Assembly (NCBI GenBank): GCA_963843795.1
Contig: CAWJLW010000006.1
Location: forward strand, 2,864,375-2,928,374
Direction of reading: 5' to 3'
Origin: an uncultured bacterium
GTDB lineage: Bacteria > Armatimonadota > Abditibacteriia > Abditibacteriales > Abditibacteriaceae
Length of the DNA: 64,000 bases
Part shown: one piece after another, positions 50,744 through 59,890 of the stretch
Layout: each line of letters starts with the position of its first letter
Position numbering within the stretch: position 1 is the first letter of the stretch
Notes under the pieces: model-generated
Database searches by the model: none
Told to the model about the DNA's origin: nothing
What the model saw: only the letters and a program-made list of their open reading frames with translations
Made by a program: the position numbers and the translations under genes

Positions 50744-51961
50744 TTACGCGTCTTCATATTTGCCGAGCACGATGCTGGCGTTGTTGCCGCCGATGCCCGA
50801 CGAATTCGACAAGGCGATTTTCATCTCGTGCGCGCGCGACACATTCGGCACGTAATCCAAAGCGCAATTCGGGTCGGGCGTTTGATAATTGATCGTCGGC
50901 GGCAGCATCTGGTTTTGCAACGCCAAAGCAGTTGCAATCGCTTCCAATGCGCCCGCGCCACCCATAATGTGGCTGGTCGCGCCTTTGATCGAACTGACCG
51001 GAACTTCGCTCGCGCGCGCGCCCAAAACGCGCTCGATGGCTTGCGTTTCGGCCAAATCGTTATATTGCGTGCCGGTCCCGTGCGCGTTGATGTAATCGAC
51101 TTGCGCGGGCGCAACGTTTGCGTTTTTTAGCGCGCGTTGCATCACGATTTCCAAGCCACGTCCGTCTTTATCAGGCGCCGTCAGGTGATGCGCGTTGTTG
51201 TTGATGGCGTGGCCCATAACGCGCGCGTAAATGGTCGCGCCGCGCTTTTGCGCCGATTCGAGAGTTTCTAGCAAAAGAATCGCGCCGCCTTCGCCGAAAA
51301 TTGTGCCGCTGCGATTGAGATCGAAGGGTCGGCATTCATCGGGCGAAATCGTGCGTAAAATGGATAAACCGGCCAAAGTCGATAAACCCAAACCATCGTA
51401 GCCACCGCACAAAACTTGCTCGGCGCGCCCCAGTTGCAGCCAATCGCAAGCGACGCCAATCGCGTGGCCCCCACTGGAACACGCGTTGGAAAGCGTGAGT
51501 TGTGGGCCGCCCAAATTCAAGCGCGTGGCGATGTAAGCCGCGGCATCTTCGGGCGTAAACTGGCGAAACAACTCGTCATCGACAGGTTCAAATTCGCCCT
51601 TCTCAACTTCATCGCTTAGCATTTCGCAAACAAATTCCCACGAAGCCGCGCCGCCAAAATTAGTACCCAAAACCAAGCCGGTTTCGGCACGGTTATCGCT
51701 TGATAAATGGGCAGAGTCGATAGCTTGCTGAGCGGCAGCAAATGCGAATTGGGCAGCTTCATCGCAGTCACCCTCTTCGCCGTATTGCGACCAATCGAAG
51801 TCATGCACTTGTCCACCGTTCTGGTTGCGCAAAACGGAAGTGTCGATTTTATCGATGGGCGCAATTCCAGATTTTCCCGCAAGCAAAGCCTTCCAGAAAG
51901 GTTCAACTGCGTTACCCAGTGGGCAAACACAACCCATACCGCTAATGACAATTTCTTTCAT
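50744..51961 (-). CDS. fabF: Beta-ketoacyl-ACP synthase II family
   Basis: NACSSG, CRPFD..GEGG, INAHGTGT, SIKGATSH (Cys-His-His triad). Confidence 0.85.
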   Translation of the reverse strand: MKEIVISGMGCVCPLGNAVEPFWKALLAGKSGIAPIDKIDTSVLRNQNGGQVHDFDWSQYGEEGDCDEAAQFAFAAAQQAIDSAHLSSDNRAETGLVLGTNFGGAASWEFVCEMLSDEVEKGEFEPVDDELFRQFTPEDAAAYIATRLNLGGPQLTLSNACSSGGHAIGVACDWLQLGRAEQVLCGGYDGLGLSTLAGLSILRTISPDECRPFDLNRSGTIFGEGGAILLLETLESAQKRGATIYARVMGHAINNNAHHLTAPDKDGRGLEIVMQRALKNANVAPAQVDYINAHGTGTQYNDLAETQAIERVLGARASEVPVSSIKGATSHIMGGAGALEAIATALALQNQMLPPTINYQTPDPNCALDYVPNVSRAHEMKIALSNSSGIGGNNASIVLGKYEDA

Positions 51962-52397
51962 GATGAATTGATTATTTTCTTGACTTCTAACTATTGATAC
52001 AATACAATAATAATGCAAATTTAACACAGATCGATCATACTAAAAGCGATTGCAAGGCAGAGTTGGACAATCGTTGAGTTCAACTGTTGTAACTTTCTGT
52101 AAACTCGATTCTTGCGGCGCGTGGTTTTACAGCCGTCTATTTTCTACTTCGTAACACGTTAGCAACAGGCGCGAGGAAATTTTGCCTGTACGCAACACAG
52201 ATTTAACCTGCTTATGGCATCATTCAAATTGAGATGCCATTTTTATCGTCTTCTCAATTTGCCACTGCGCAATCAGCATATTTTCTTCACAGTGTGGCAT
52301 AGTTATGTGCAACAGCCACTCGCTCGCTGTGTCGAATGCTGATGATTACTGATGTTGAGCATTGATCTTAAGTTGGAACCAAACGAGAAAAACTATC

Positions 52398-52931
52398 ATG
52401 AACGCAGCCCGAACTTCTCATCTTTCTACTTTTCCCAACGCGCGCCGCAAAAAAGTTGTTCAAGCGTTGCCCGTTGCGTCCAAAGACCAAACCTCCAAAA
52501 ATCAGGCGGCGACAGAGCGAACGCGGAAGCCCAAAATCGGTGGGCGCGCGACCAAACAGTCGATTCCTATCGACGATATGTTGTGCAGCGAATGTTTGCA
52601 GCAAGCCGAGATTTGCCGCGAACAAGCCCAAGAAGCCGCACGCATGAAACGTTTCAAAGCCGCGCGCGGCCTGTTCACGACCGCCATCGCATTGTGTCAG
52701 CGCGCGCTCAGCGCCTGCGCCGCGCGCAACAAAGATGGCGCAAATCTTCCCAAAAACTCACCGACTCATGCCGATCATAACGTCGAAAACGCCGGTAACA
52801 GCAACGATTTTCTCAGCGGCGATGACGCTGCCATTCAAGCGTATCTCCAACAGCTCAACACCGAAATGGCGACTTACAGCGATCTCGCGCGCAGCATGGA
52901 ACGCCCGCTGAACCCGCACCCAAATTCTTAA
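52398..52931 (+). CDS. Hypothetical helical protein
   Basis: 177-aa ORF after a long AT-richer intergenic region; family not recognised. Confidence 0.6.
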   Translation: MNAARTSHLSTFPNARRKKVVQALPVASKDQTSKNQAATERTRKPKIGGRATKQSIPIDDMLCSECLQQAEICREQAQEAARMKRFKAARGLFTTAIALCQRALSACAARNKDGANLPKNSPTHADHNVENAGNSNDFLSGDDAAIQAYLQQLNTEMATYSDLARSMERPLNPHPNS

Positions 52932-52961
52932 CTCGGCTCTCATAAAACTACGGACCCAATT

Positions 52962-53006
52962 CAAACGGCCCTGCAAGTACTTGCGCAGTACTTGCAGGGC
53001 CGTTTG
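52962..53006. repeat. Hairpin with duplicated core between convergent genes
   Basis: CAAACGGCCCTGCAAGTACT-TGCGC-AGTACTTGCAGGGCCGTTTG. Confidence 0.9.
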
Positions 53007-53010
53007 CGCA

Positions 53011-55101
53011 TTAATTTTTCGGCAGCTGCCAGTTGGTATCGAAAAACCCAGCGGCCAGCGTTTGGTTGGTTCCATCGCTTGGTTCGCGCAGTGCCGAGAA
53101 CACGATGTAATCGGGTGGCAGATCCCATTTGTGATTAACCGGCAGAAATTCGCCCCACGCAACGCCCGATTGCACGACAATCATGCGCTGCGCCGACCAC
53201 GGCGAAGCGTAGCACATTTGCAAGCCCAGCGGCACGCCCGCTTCGCCGCGCAAGTACTTGCGCGTTTTTCCCGTGCCAATGCGCACACCATCGGGCGTCC
53301 ATTCGAGTGGCAACTTATCGGAGATTTCGCTCAACAAAGCGTTGCTTTCGCTCGAGCCGAACAATAGCAGATTGAAATTTTGTTTATCGGCGGCGCTCAC
53401 TTGGGCATCGGCTTTCATCGGCGGCACGCCATCGGCGTAAACGCGCCACTCCTGCGCCCATTTTTCTGCCGCAGCTTTGTCATTATTGACGCCTTTTTGC
53501 AGTTTTTTGGTGCCATAAACCAGCAAAAACGGATCGCGATAACAGTTTTTAACTGGGCCGCTGAGGCTGGGAGATTTAGGTGCGATGGAGGCGGTTTTTC
53601 TCGGTGAAATGGGCCACCAGATCGCACCATCTTCAGCACGCGTCACTTCGACTTTTTCGCCGTTGACGGAAAGATTCACTTTCGCGTTTTTGGCCAGTAA
53701 TTCGGCGGGTGGATCGAGACGAAACGAAGTGACGTTTTTCGTGGTGACTGCAATCGTGTTGGGTTCGACAGCTGAAATTGTGGCATCGATGGTGGCGGCC
53801 TGTGCGTAATCGGCGCGGGTTTGGATATGCGCCCAATACGCGCCCGAATTGCGCGCATTGACACTGATGTAAGTGACACGCGCGGGCGGCGACGTTTTTT
53901 TCAACGGGCGCAGCCAGTCCAACGCGGTGTCGTAGGCGCGGTCGTAAAAATAAATGTAATGATCGCCTCGGGGAATTTCGCGATAGCGAAAGGGCAAACT
54001 TTGCTCTTGCAGCGTGCGCGCCATGCGCCGCGACTGCTCGACATCGGCGATAGTGTCCAAGGCACCGTGTTGAATCAGCATTGGCAAAGTGCGCGCGTTG
54101 GCGGCCAGAAAGCGCGGCTCATCGGCGTCATATTGCGAGCGTTTCCAAATCGGCACATTTTCACGTTGCAAACCAAACCATAGATAGAAATCGCTACGCG
54201 CCGACATCGGAGCCAAGCCCGCCCATAAATCGGGATGATGCAAGCCAACCGCGTAAACGCCAAACCCGCCCATCGAAGGCCCCATCAGCGTCACGCGATT
54301 TTCATCGACGTTATACAAACGCATGGTTTCTTCGCGCACGCGCAACACATCGTCTTCGCCCACATCAACAAAATCGGTGTTACGCCGCCCGTATGGAATC
54401 GCGATGATAAAGCCGCGCGAAGTCGCCAAGCGCCAGGTATCTTCATCGGGCAGCCAGGGCGCCAGTTTGGACGTATCCGGACTGTAACCATGCAGAAAAA
54501 CTACTAAAGGATATTTTTTCTGCGGCGAATAATCGTCGGGCACCGCGACCCAGTAGGGCTGGGGAGAACCATCGTTGCGCGCGAGATAAGCGCGCTCGTG
54601 TAAAGGCTTTTCCGAAGGATAAACCGCATCGTCGGGAGCGTTCGCGACGGCTTGCGCTCGGTCGAGATAAAACGCCGTCCAGTTGCGTAATTCGGCGTTG
54701 TACAGGGCGCGGCCCGATTCCAAAATTTCCAGTGCGAGTTCGACTTGCTCCAACTTGAATTCCAGCAAAGCCAAGTTCTGTGCAGAGGCGGGCGCAGTGT
54801 GGTCGGCCACACGCGCTTTCAACACGCGCCAATTTGCGCGCAGTTGTGCGGCAGATAAACGCGTCGCCGGTGGCGAGAAATAAGGCGTCGCTGCGCCGGC
54901 TTGTTCTTCGCTGTTTTCTTCACTGTGTGCGTTTTCGGGAAGGGTAGGCGGAGCGCCAAACGGAATTTCGGAGGCATCGAGCTTTTGGTTCGCGGGCTTC
55001 GAGGGCGCGCCCGTTTGTGCGCTGCAAGTACTTGCAGCGAAGCACAGAGCAAGTAGTTGCAAGCGGAGAAATGAACGCGAAGAAAAAGGAAAACGATTCA
55101 T
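53011..55101 (-). CDS. Secreted alpha/beta hydrolase (esterase/prolyl oligopeptidase-like)
   Basis: YPLVVFLHGY, GPSMGG nucleophile elbow, HGALD, GDH. Confidence 0.85.
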   Translation of the reverse strand: MNRFPFSSRSFLRLQLLALCFAASTCSAQTGAPSKPANQKLDASEIPFGAPPTLPENAHSEENSEEQAGAATPYFSPPATRLSAAQLRANWRVLKARVADHTAPASAQNLALLEFKLEQVELALEILESGRALYNAELRNWTAFYLDRAQAVANAPDDAVYPSEKPLHERAYLARNDGSPQPYWVAVPDDYSPQKKYPLVVFLHGYSPDTSKLAPWLPDEDTWRLATSRGFIIAIPYGRRNTDFVDVGEDDVLRVREETMRLYNVDENRVTLMGPSMGGFGVYAVGLHHPDLWAGLAPMSARSDFYLWFGLQRENVPIWKRSQYDADEPRFLAANARTLPMLIQHGALDTIADVEQSRRMARTLQEQSLPFRYREIPRGDHYIYFYDRAYDTALDWLRPLKKTSPPARVTYISVNARNSGAYWAHIQTRADYAQAATIDATISAVEPNTIAVTTKNVTSFRLDPPAELLAKNAKVNLSVNGEKVEVTRAEDGAIWWPISPRKTASIAPKSPSLSGPVKNCYRDPFLLVYGTKKLQKGVNNDKAAAEKWAQEWRVYADGVPPMKADAQVSAADKQNFNLLLFGSSESNALLSEISDKLPLEWTPDGVRIGTGKTRKYLRGEAGVPLGLQMCYASPWSAQRMIVVQSGVAWGEFLPVNHKWDLPPDYIVFSALREPSDGTNQTLAAGFFDTNWQLPKN

Positions 55102-55138
55102 AGAAATTGGCAAACCTATATTGCGACCTTCGCTTAAC

Positions 55139-55260
55139 TTTGTAGGGCGCGGGTCCCTGAGCCGCCCTGTTTCAGACCAAATCCGTTCTTTAAATATCGG
55201 TTATTAAATATCGGTTATTGCCGCCCGACAAGGACGGGTCGGAGACCCGCACCCTACAAA
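55139..55260. repeat. GTAG-type REP doublet (REPIN-like)
   Basis: TTTGTAGGGCGCGGGTC (55139-55155) is inverted with GACCCGCACCCTACAAA (55244-55260), one mismatch. Each unit has an internal hairpin. Confidence 0.7.
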
Positions 55261-55297
55261 TGCTTGTGGCAAATGCTTGTCACAAGCATTTGGCGCG

Positions 55298-56041
55298 TCA
55301 CATCTGCAAACCGCCATCAATGCCGAAAGTTTGGCCGGTAACATAAGCCGCTTCATCCGAAGCGAGATAAACCGCCAGAGCCGCGACTTCTTGTGCGGTT
55401 CCGAACCGCCGCAATGGTACTAAGGCGCACTGTTTTTCGCGCTGTGCTTCGTTATCGCTCAACATATCGGTGTCGATGAAACCGGGCGCAATCGCGTTTA
55501 CCGTGACGCCATAAGGCGCGAGTTCACGCGCGGCGGTTTTGGTCAAACCCAGTAATCCGGCTTTGGCCGCAGCATAAGGCGCGCGCAGGGCATCGCCCAT
55601 CTGTCCGGCACGCGATGACAGGTTAATAATGCGTCCGGTTTTGCGCCGCGTCATGCTTTTGGCCGCCGCACGCGATAGGCCGAATGCGGCTTTGAGATTC
55701 ACATCCAGCACTTCATCCCAGCTTGCGTCCGAAGTCATCGCCAGAAAGCTGCTTTTCAAAAGGCCCGCGTTGTTAACCAGAATATCCAGACCATCGAAAT
55801 CATCGTGCGCGCTTTTCCACAGGGCTTTGAGCGCATCGGAATCGCGCAAATCGCATTGAAAAACCGGCGCGCGACGGCCCAGAGCTTCGATTGCGCGCGC
55901 GGTTTCCTGCGCGGCATTTTCATCGCTGTTGAAGTGCAGCGCGATGTCGGCGCCCTGCGCGGCCAAAGCTAAAGCGATGGCGCGACCGATGCCACGACTG
56001 GAGCCGGTAACAAGAGCAGTTTTTCCACTGAGATCAAACAT
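55298..56041 (-). CDS. fabG: 3-oxoacyl-ACP reductase family SDR
   Basis: TGSSRGIG, LVNNAG, YAAAKAG, NAIAPGFIDTDM, IDGG. Confidence 0.85.
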   Translation of the reverse strand: MFDLSGKTALVTGSSRGIGRAIALALAAQGADIALHFNSDENAAQETARAIEALGRRAPVFQCDLRDSDALKALWKSAHDDFDGLDILVNNAGLLKSSFLAMTSDASWDEVLDVNLKAAFGLSRAAAKSMTRRKTGRIINLSSRAGQMGDALRAPYAAAKAGLLGLTKTAARELAPYGVTVNAIAPGFIDTDMLSDNEAQREKQCALVPLRRFGTAQEVAALAVYLASDEAAYVTGQTFGIDGGLQM

Positions 56042-56230
56042 GACTTGTCATTTTAACTCAATCGACCATGATTACCGTGCACGATTTCGATGGCTCGTGC
56101 AGGGCTGTGTGAAGGGCTGCACGTACTTGCAGCCCCGAATTTTGAGCGCAACCGCAACAATTTTTGGTGCGTTAAAAGAAGCTGTCGTAAAAAGCCGCAT
56201 GGCAGAACGAGAAAGATTAAAAAGGAAAAT

Positions 56231-56686
56231 ATGAAAATTTTGAGTTGGCTTTATCCGGCGTGGCCCAGTGCGCGCGTTTCGCTGGGATTGCTGTTTTTGC
56301 GCGTAGTGAGCGGGCTGGCGATGATGCAACACGGCTGGAGCAAAATCCAAAGCCCGACCAGTTGGATGGGGCCGGATTCGCCGGTTCCCGGCTGGGCACA
56401 AGCGTGCGCCGCGCTGGGTGAATTTGGCGGAGGACTGGGCTTGTTAGTTGGCGCTTTTACCCCGCTGGCCGCTTTGGGCATCGCATCGACGATGATTGGT
56501 GCGATTCTTATCGCGCACCGCGACGCTCCGTGGATTGCTGGCGGCAAAGGTCCGTCGTGGGAAGCTGCGGGTTTTTACCTGTTCGTTGCCATCACCTTTC
56601 TTCTCGCCGGCCCGGGCCTCTATGCACTTGATGCGCTTTGGGTGCGCGGACGCTCTATCGATCCAGAACGCATACGCCGCGTTTGA
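56231..56686 (+). CDS. DoxX family membrane protein
   Basis: GLLFLRVV, HGWSK, EFGGGLGLLVG, GPGLYALD. AAGGA RBS. Confidence 0.9.
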   Translation: MKILSWLYPAWPSARVSLGLLFLRVVSGLAMMQHGWSKIQSPTSWMGPDSPVPGWAQACAALGEFGGGLGLLVGAFTPLAALGIASTMIGAILIAHRDAPWIAGGKGPSWEAAGFYLFVAITFLLAGPGLYALDALWVRGRSIDPERIRRV

Positions 56687-56701
56687 ACGAATTACGAACT
56701 T

Positions 56702-56735
56702 AAAAGCGCGCTGCAAGTACTTGCAGCGCGCTTTT
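56702..56735. terminator. 34-bp palindrome-core hairpin after DoxX
   Basis: Same 34-mer as 12597-12630. Confidence 0.75.
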
Positions 56736-56809
56736 GCCATCTGTTTCAATTCTCACTGTGGGCTGTGATAAAATTCACCATACAATCGCAGAATTTCTTT
56801 GCACTTCTC

Positions 56810-58636
56810 ATGGAAACCACTTCGCCCCTCATCTCCGCCGCACTCATAGACGACCTGAATGCGCCTGCCGCGAAACCTAAACGTTCGCGTTTCGCGCCGC
56901 CGCCTGCGCAGCCTAAAAACACCGCGCGCGCCGCGGTTTGGGATTTATCGCGTCGCGTCACGCCGCGCGACCGTTCCAATGGGGCGCAATTGCACATCTC
57001 GCCGGTCGCTAGCGCCGTAATGCGCGCACGCGGAATCGAAAATGTCAATCAAATGCAACGCTTTTTGGACATTGAAGAAGCTCGCAACGACCCGTTCGAT
57101 TTGCCCGACATCGAAGCCGCCATCGAACGCTTGCACCGCGCAATTGAAAGCCGTGAACCAATCTTAATTTTCGGTGATTACGATGTCGATGGCGTCACAT
57201 CGACCGCGATGATGCAACGTTCGCTGGCGCTTCTGGGAGCCAATGTCGAGGCTATCGTGCCCGAACGCGAAGACGGTTACGGCCTTAGCGTGCGCGCCGT
57301 CGAAGCCGCTCACGCGCGCGGTTTCGGTTTAATTTTGACCGTCGATAACGGTGTCACCGCATTTGCCGCGCTCGAACGCGCGCAGAAATTGGGCATTGAA
57401 GTTATTGTCACAGACCACCATGAACCGGCAGAAACCTTGCCGCCTGCTCTGGCGATTGTCAACCCGAAACGCAGCGATTCGCAGTATCCGTTTCGCGAGT
57501 TGTGCGGTTGTGCGGTGGCCTATAAAGTAATGCTGGCTTATCTCGAACGTTATCAACCGCGCCACGCTGCGGGTTTCGCCGAGCGCTACAGCGATTTCGT
57601 GGCTCTGGCGACTATCGCCGATTGTATGCCGCTTTATGGCGAAAACCGGTTGTTGGCGCACGAAGGTTTGCGCCAGTTGGCCGCCACGAAAAAAGCCGGT
57701 TTGCGCGCCTTAATGGAAAGCGCGGGCGTGCGCATCGAAAACGCAACCCTGAACGGCACTCAAGTCGGTTTTTTTATGGCGCCGCGCTTAAACGCTGCGG
57801 GCCGCTTCAATCGCGCCACTCTTTCGCTGCAATTATTGCTGGCCAAAGACGCGGCCAGCGGGCAGGAATTAGCTGCCCAACTCGAAGCACACAATCGGCG
57901 CCGTCAGGAAATTACCACCGATATGCACCGACAGGCCGCCGATTTAATGTTTCAATCGTCCGATTTAGACCGCGATTGCGCAGTCGTGGTCGCGGGCGAA
58001 AATTGGCCGCTGGGCATGGTCGGTTTGCTCGCCAGCCGACTGGTCGAGAAACACGGACGTCCGGCGATTGTGCTCGGCGTTGATGGCGAAATGGCACGCG
58101 GGAGCGGACGTTCGATTGATGGTTTCGATTTAGGCCATATTCTCAAAGCCACGCGCGATATTATTCAAGGTGGTGGCGGCCACGCCGGAGCGTGCGGCGT
58201 GCATCTGTCGACAGACCGCGTCGAAGAATTTCGCGCGCGGGTTTTGGAATGTACCGGTTCGCACCTTACACAAGACGATTTTCTGGGCCGCGTCGAACCC
58301 GACTGCGTGGTCGAAAGCGACGATTTAACCCCACTTTTGGCCAGCGACTTGGCGATGTTGGAGCCCTGCGGCAAAGGCAATCCCGAAGCGCTTTTGGCCG
58401 TCACCAATGCGCGCATTCAAGACGGACGCAACATCGGCAAAACCGGCACGCATTTGAAATGGCAGGTGCAAATCGGCGCGCGCGTTTTCGATGCGCTGTG
58501 GTGGAGTCCAGGCGACCGCGCCAACGGTTTTGGCATCGGCAAGCCAATTGATCTGTGCTTTTCGCCGCAGTTGAATCATTTCAACGGACAAACGAAATTA
58601 CAATTGATCATCAAGGCCGCGCGCCCGGCGGTTTGA
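56810..58636 (+). CDS. recJ: Single-stranded-DNA exonuclease RecJ
   Basis: GDYDVDG, TVDNG, TDHH, ATIADCMPL, PRLNAAGR, GSGRS, GGGHAGACG. Confidence 0.95.
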   Translation: METTSPLISAALIDDLNAPAAKPKRSRFAPPPAQPKNTARAAVWDLSRRVTPRDRSNGAQLHISPVASAVMRARGIENVNQMQRFLDIEEARNDPFDLPDIEAAIERLHRAIESREPILIFGDYDVDGVTSTAMMQRSLALLGANVEAIVPEREDGYGLSVRAVEAAHARGFGLILTVDNGVTAFAALERAQKLGIEVIVTDHHEPAETLPPALAIVNPKRSDSQYPFRELCGCAVAYKVMLAYLERYQPRHAAGFAERYSDFVALATIADCMPLYGENRLLAHEGLRQLAATKKAGLRALMESAGVRIENATLNGTQVGFFMAPRLNAAGRFNRATLSLQLLLAKDAASGQELAAQLEAHNRRRQEITTDMHRQAADLMFQSSDLDRDCAVVVAGENWPLGMVGLLASRLVEKHGRPAIVLGVDGEMARGSGRSIDGFDLGHILKATRDIIQGGGGHAGACGVHLSTDRVEEFRARVLECTGSHLTQDDFLGRVEPDCVVESDDLTPLLASDLAMLEPCGKGNPEALLAVTNARIQDGRNIGKTGTHLKWQVQIGARVFDALWWSPGDRANGFGIGKPIDLCFSPQLNHFNGQTKLQLIIKAARPAV

Positions 58637-58645
58637 TTTTTCTCT

Positions 58646-59728
58646 ATGAAACCATTCTGCAAGTACTTGCCATGCGTTTTAGCCGTCTTTTTAACGGCAA
58701 CCGTGCGTGCCGACGTGCCCTTGCCGCCCTTATCCAACATCGAAAAAGCTACGATTGAAAAACCGACATATCCCGACCTCAGAATTAATGACATCGCACC
58801 GAGGTTCGCTTTGTTCGACACGAATGAAAAATTGCAACTTTCGGTCGCACATCTTGGCGAGCGTTCGCTATTAGTTGTCACCTTGAACACGATGGACGAA
58901 AGTGATAACGACGAAGCCCGCAAAGCGCGCGCTGCCCGAGCCGCTTCTATCGCCAGCGCACTGAAAGACGCTACTGCACGCTTAGAAAAACTACCGGTTC
59001 AAATCGTCGCCATTGCGCCACCAAAAATGTTCCAAAACCTGCGCGATGCTTTGGGAGGCGCGGATGCGATAGAAAAAATCGCTCATCTGAATGTATTGCG
59101 TGATGACGCACAAAACTGGAGTCGCACCATTGAAGCGCCCTACAACTCGGTTTCAATCGCCGCGATAGACAAAGCCGGTTTTCTGCGCCGTCTGGAAACT
59201 GTCGATAGCGACGAATTATTGGCCGCACAATTAGGCGTCATTGGCGACACAACGCCGCGCTTGGAAATTGGAAAAGTTGCGCCCGATTGGAGCGTGGTGG
59301 ATTTTCAGGGACGCGCGCGGCGTTTAAGCGATTATCGCGGTCAGAAAAATGTGCTGTTGACATTCTTTCCCAAATGCTTCACCGGCGGTTGCGCCAATCA
59401 TTTGCGTTCTCTGAACGAAACTCTATTGGCATTCAAAACCAACGATACGCAAATCATCGCGGTTTCGTTCGACAGCGCCGATGGCGAACGCGGCCAAATC
59501 GCGTTTGCGCAACAATTAAATTTAGGCTTTCCTCTCGTGCCCGACACGGGCCGCAATTTGGCGCTGCTCTACGAAGCCGCATTTTCGCCGCAACAGCCCG
59601 CGCCCTCGCGCATGACGGTGTTGATTGATAAAGATGGCATCTTGCGTTACATTGATAGAGAAGTGCAAGTTCTGACGCACGGGCCGGACACGATAGCGAA
59701 AATGCGCGAATTAGGAATGCTAAAATAA
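58646..59728 (+). CDS. Secreted AhpC/TSA (peroxiredoxin-like) protein with two thioredoxin-fold regions
   Basis: Signal peptide. C-terminal GKVAPDW..RLSDYRG..FFPKCFTGGC..RMTVLIDKDG; N-terminal copy is degenerate (IDKAGFLR). Confidence 0.8.
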   Translation: MKPFCKYLPCVLAVFLTATVRADVPLPPLSNIEKATIEKPTYPDLRINDIAPRFALFDTNEKLQLSVAHLGERSLLVVTLNTMDESDNDEARKARAARAASIASALKDATARLEKLPVQIVAIAPPKMFQNLRDALGGADAIEKIAHLNVLRDDAQNWSRTIEAPYNSVSIAAIDKAGFLRRLETVDSDELLAAQLGVIGDTTPRLEIGKVAPDWSVVDFQGRARRLSDYRGQKNVLLTFFPKCFTGGCANHLRSLNETLLAFKTNDTQIIAVSFDSADGERGQIAFAQQLNLGFPLVPDTGRNLALLYEAAFSPQQPAPSRMTVLIDKDGILRYIDREVQVLTHGPDTIAKMRELGMLK

Positions 59729-59806
59729 AGCTCTTGCATAATTCTCTTTTCTAACCCTACGACTTCAATTGCAGAGATTAGAGAAGAAGTTTAATGATTG
59801 AGATAG

Positions 59807-59842
59807 AAAAAGCGCGCGGCAAGTACTTGCCGCGCGCTTTTT
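59807..59842. terminator. 36-bp palindrome-core hairpin
   Basis: AAAAAGCGCGCGGCAAGTACTTGCCGCGCGCTTTTT. Confidence 0.75.
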
Positions 59843-59890
59843 GATGTTTTTATTCGATGTTTTTATCAGAAATCGGCTAAAATAAGCGTC

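Noticed and set aside
627..51130. Long alternative-frame ORFs such as 627..1454, 5353..5994, 30389..31111, 36445..37116, 50126..51130
   Set aside because: Shadow ORFs of well-supported genes, with no recognisable motifs.
51962..52397. Long AT-richer intergenic region as ncRNA or riboswitch
   Set aside because: No recognisable family motif or convincing structure by eye; an Infernal/Rfam scan would be needed.
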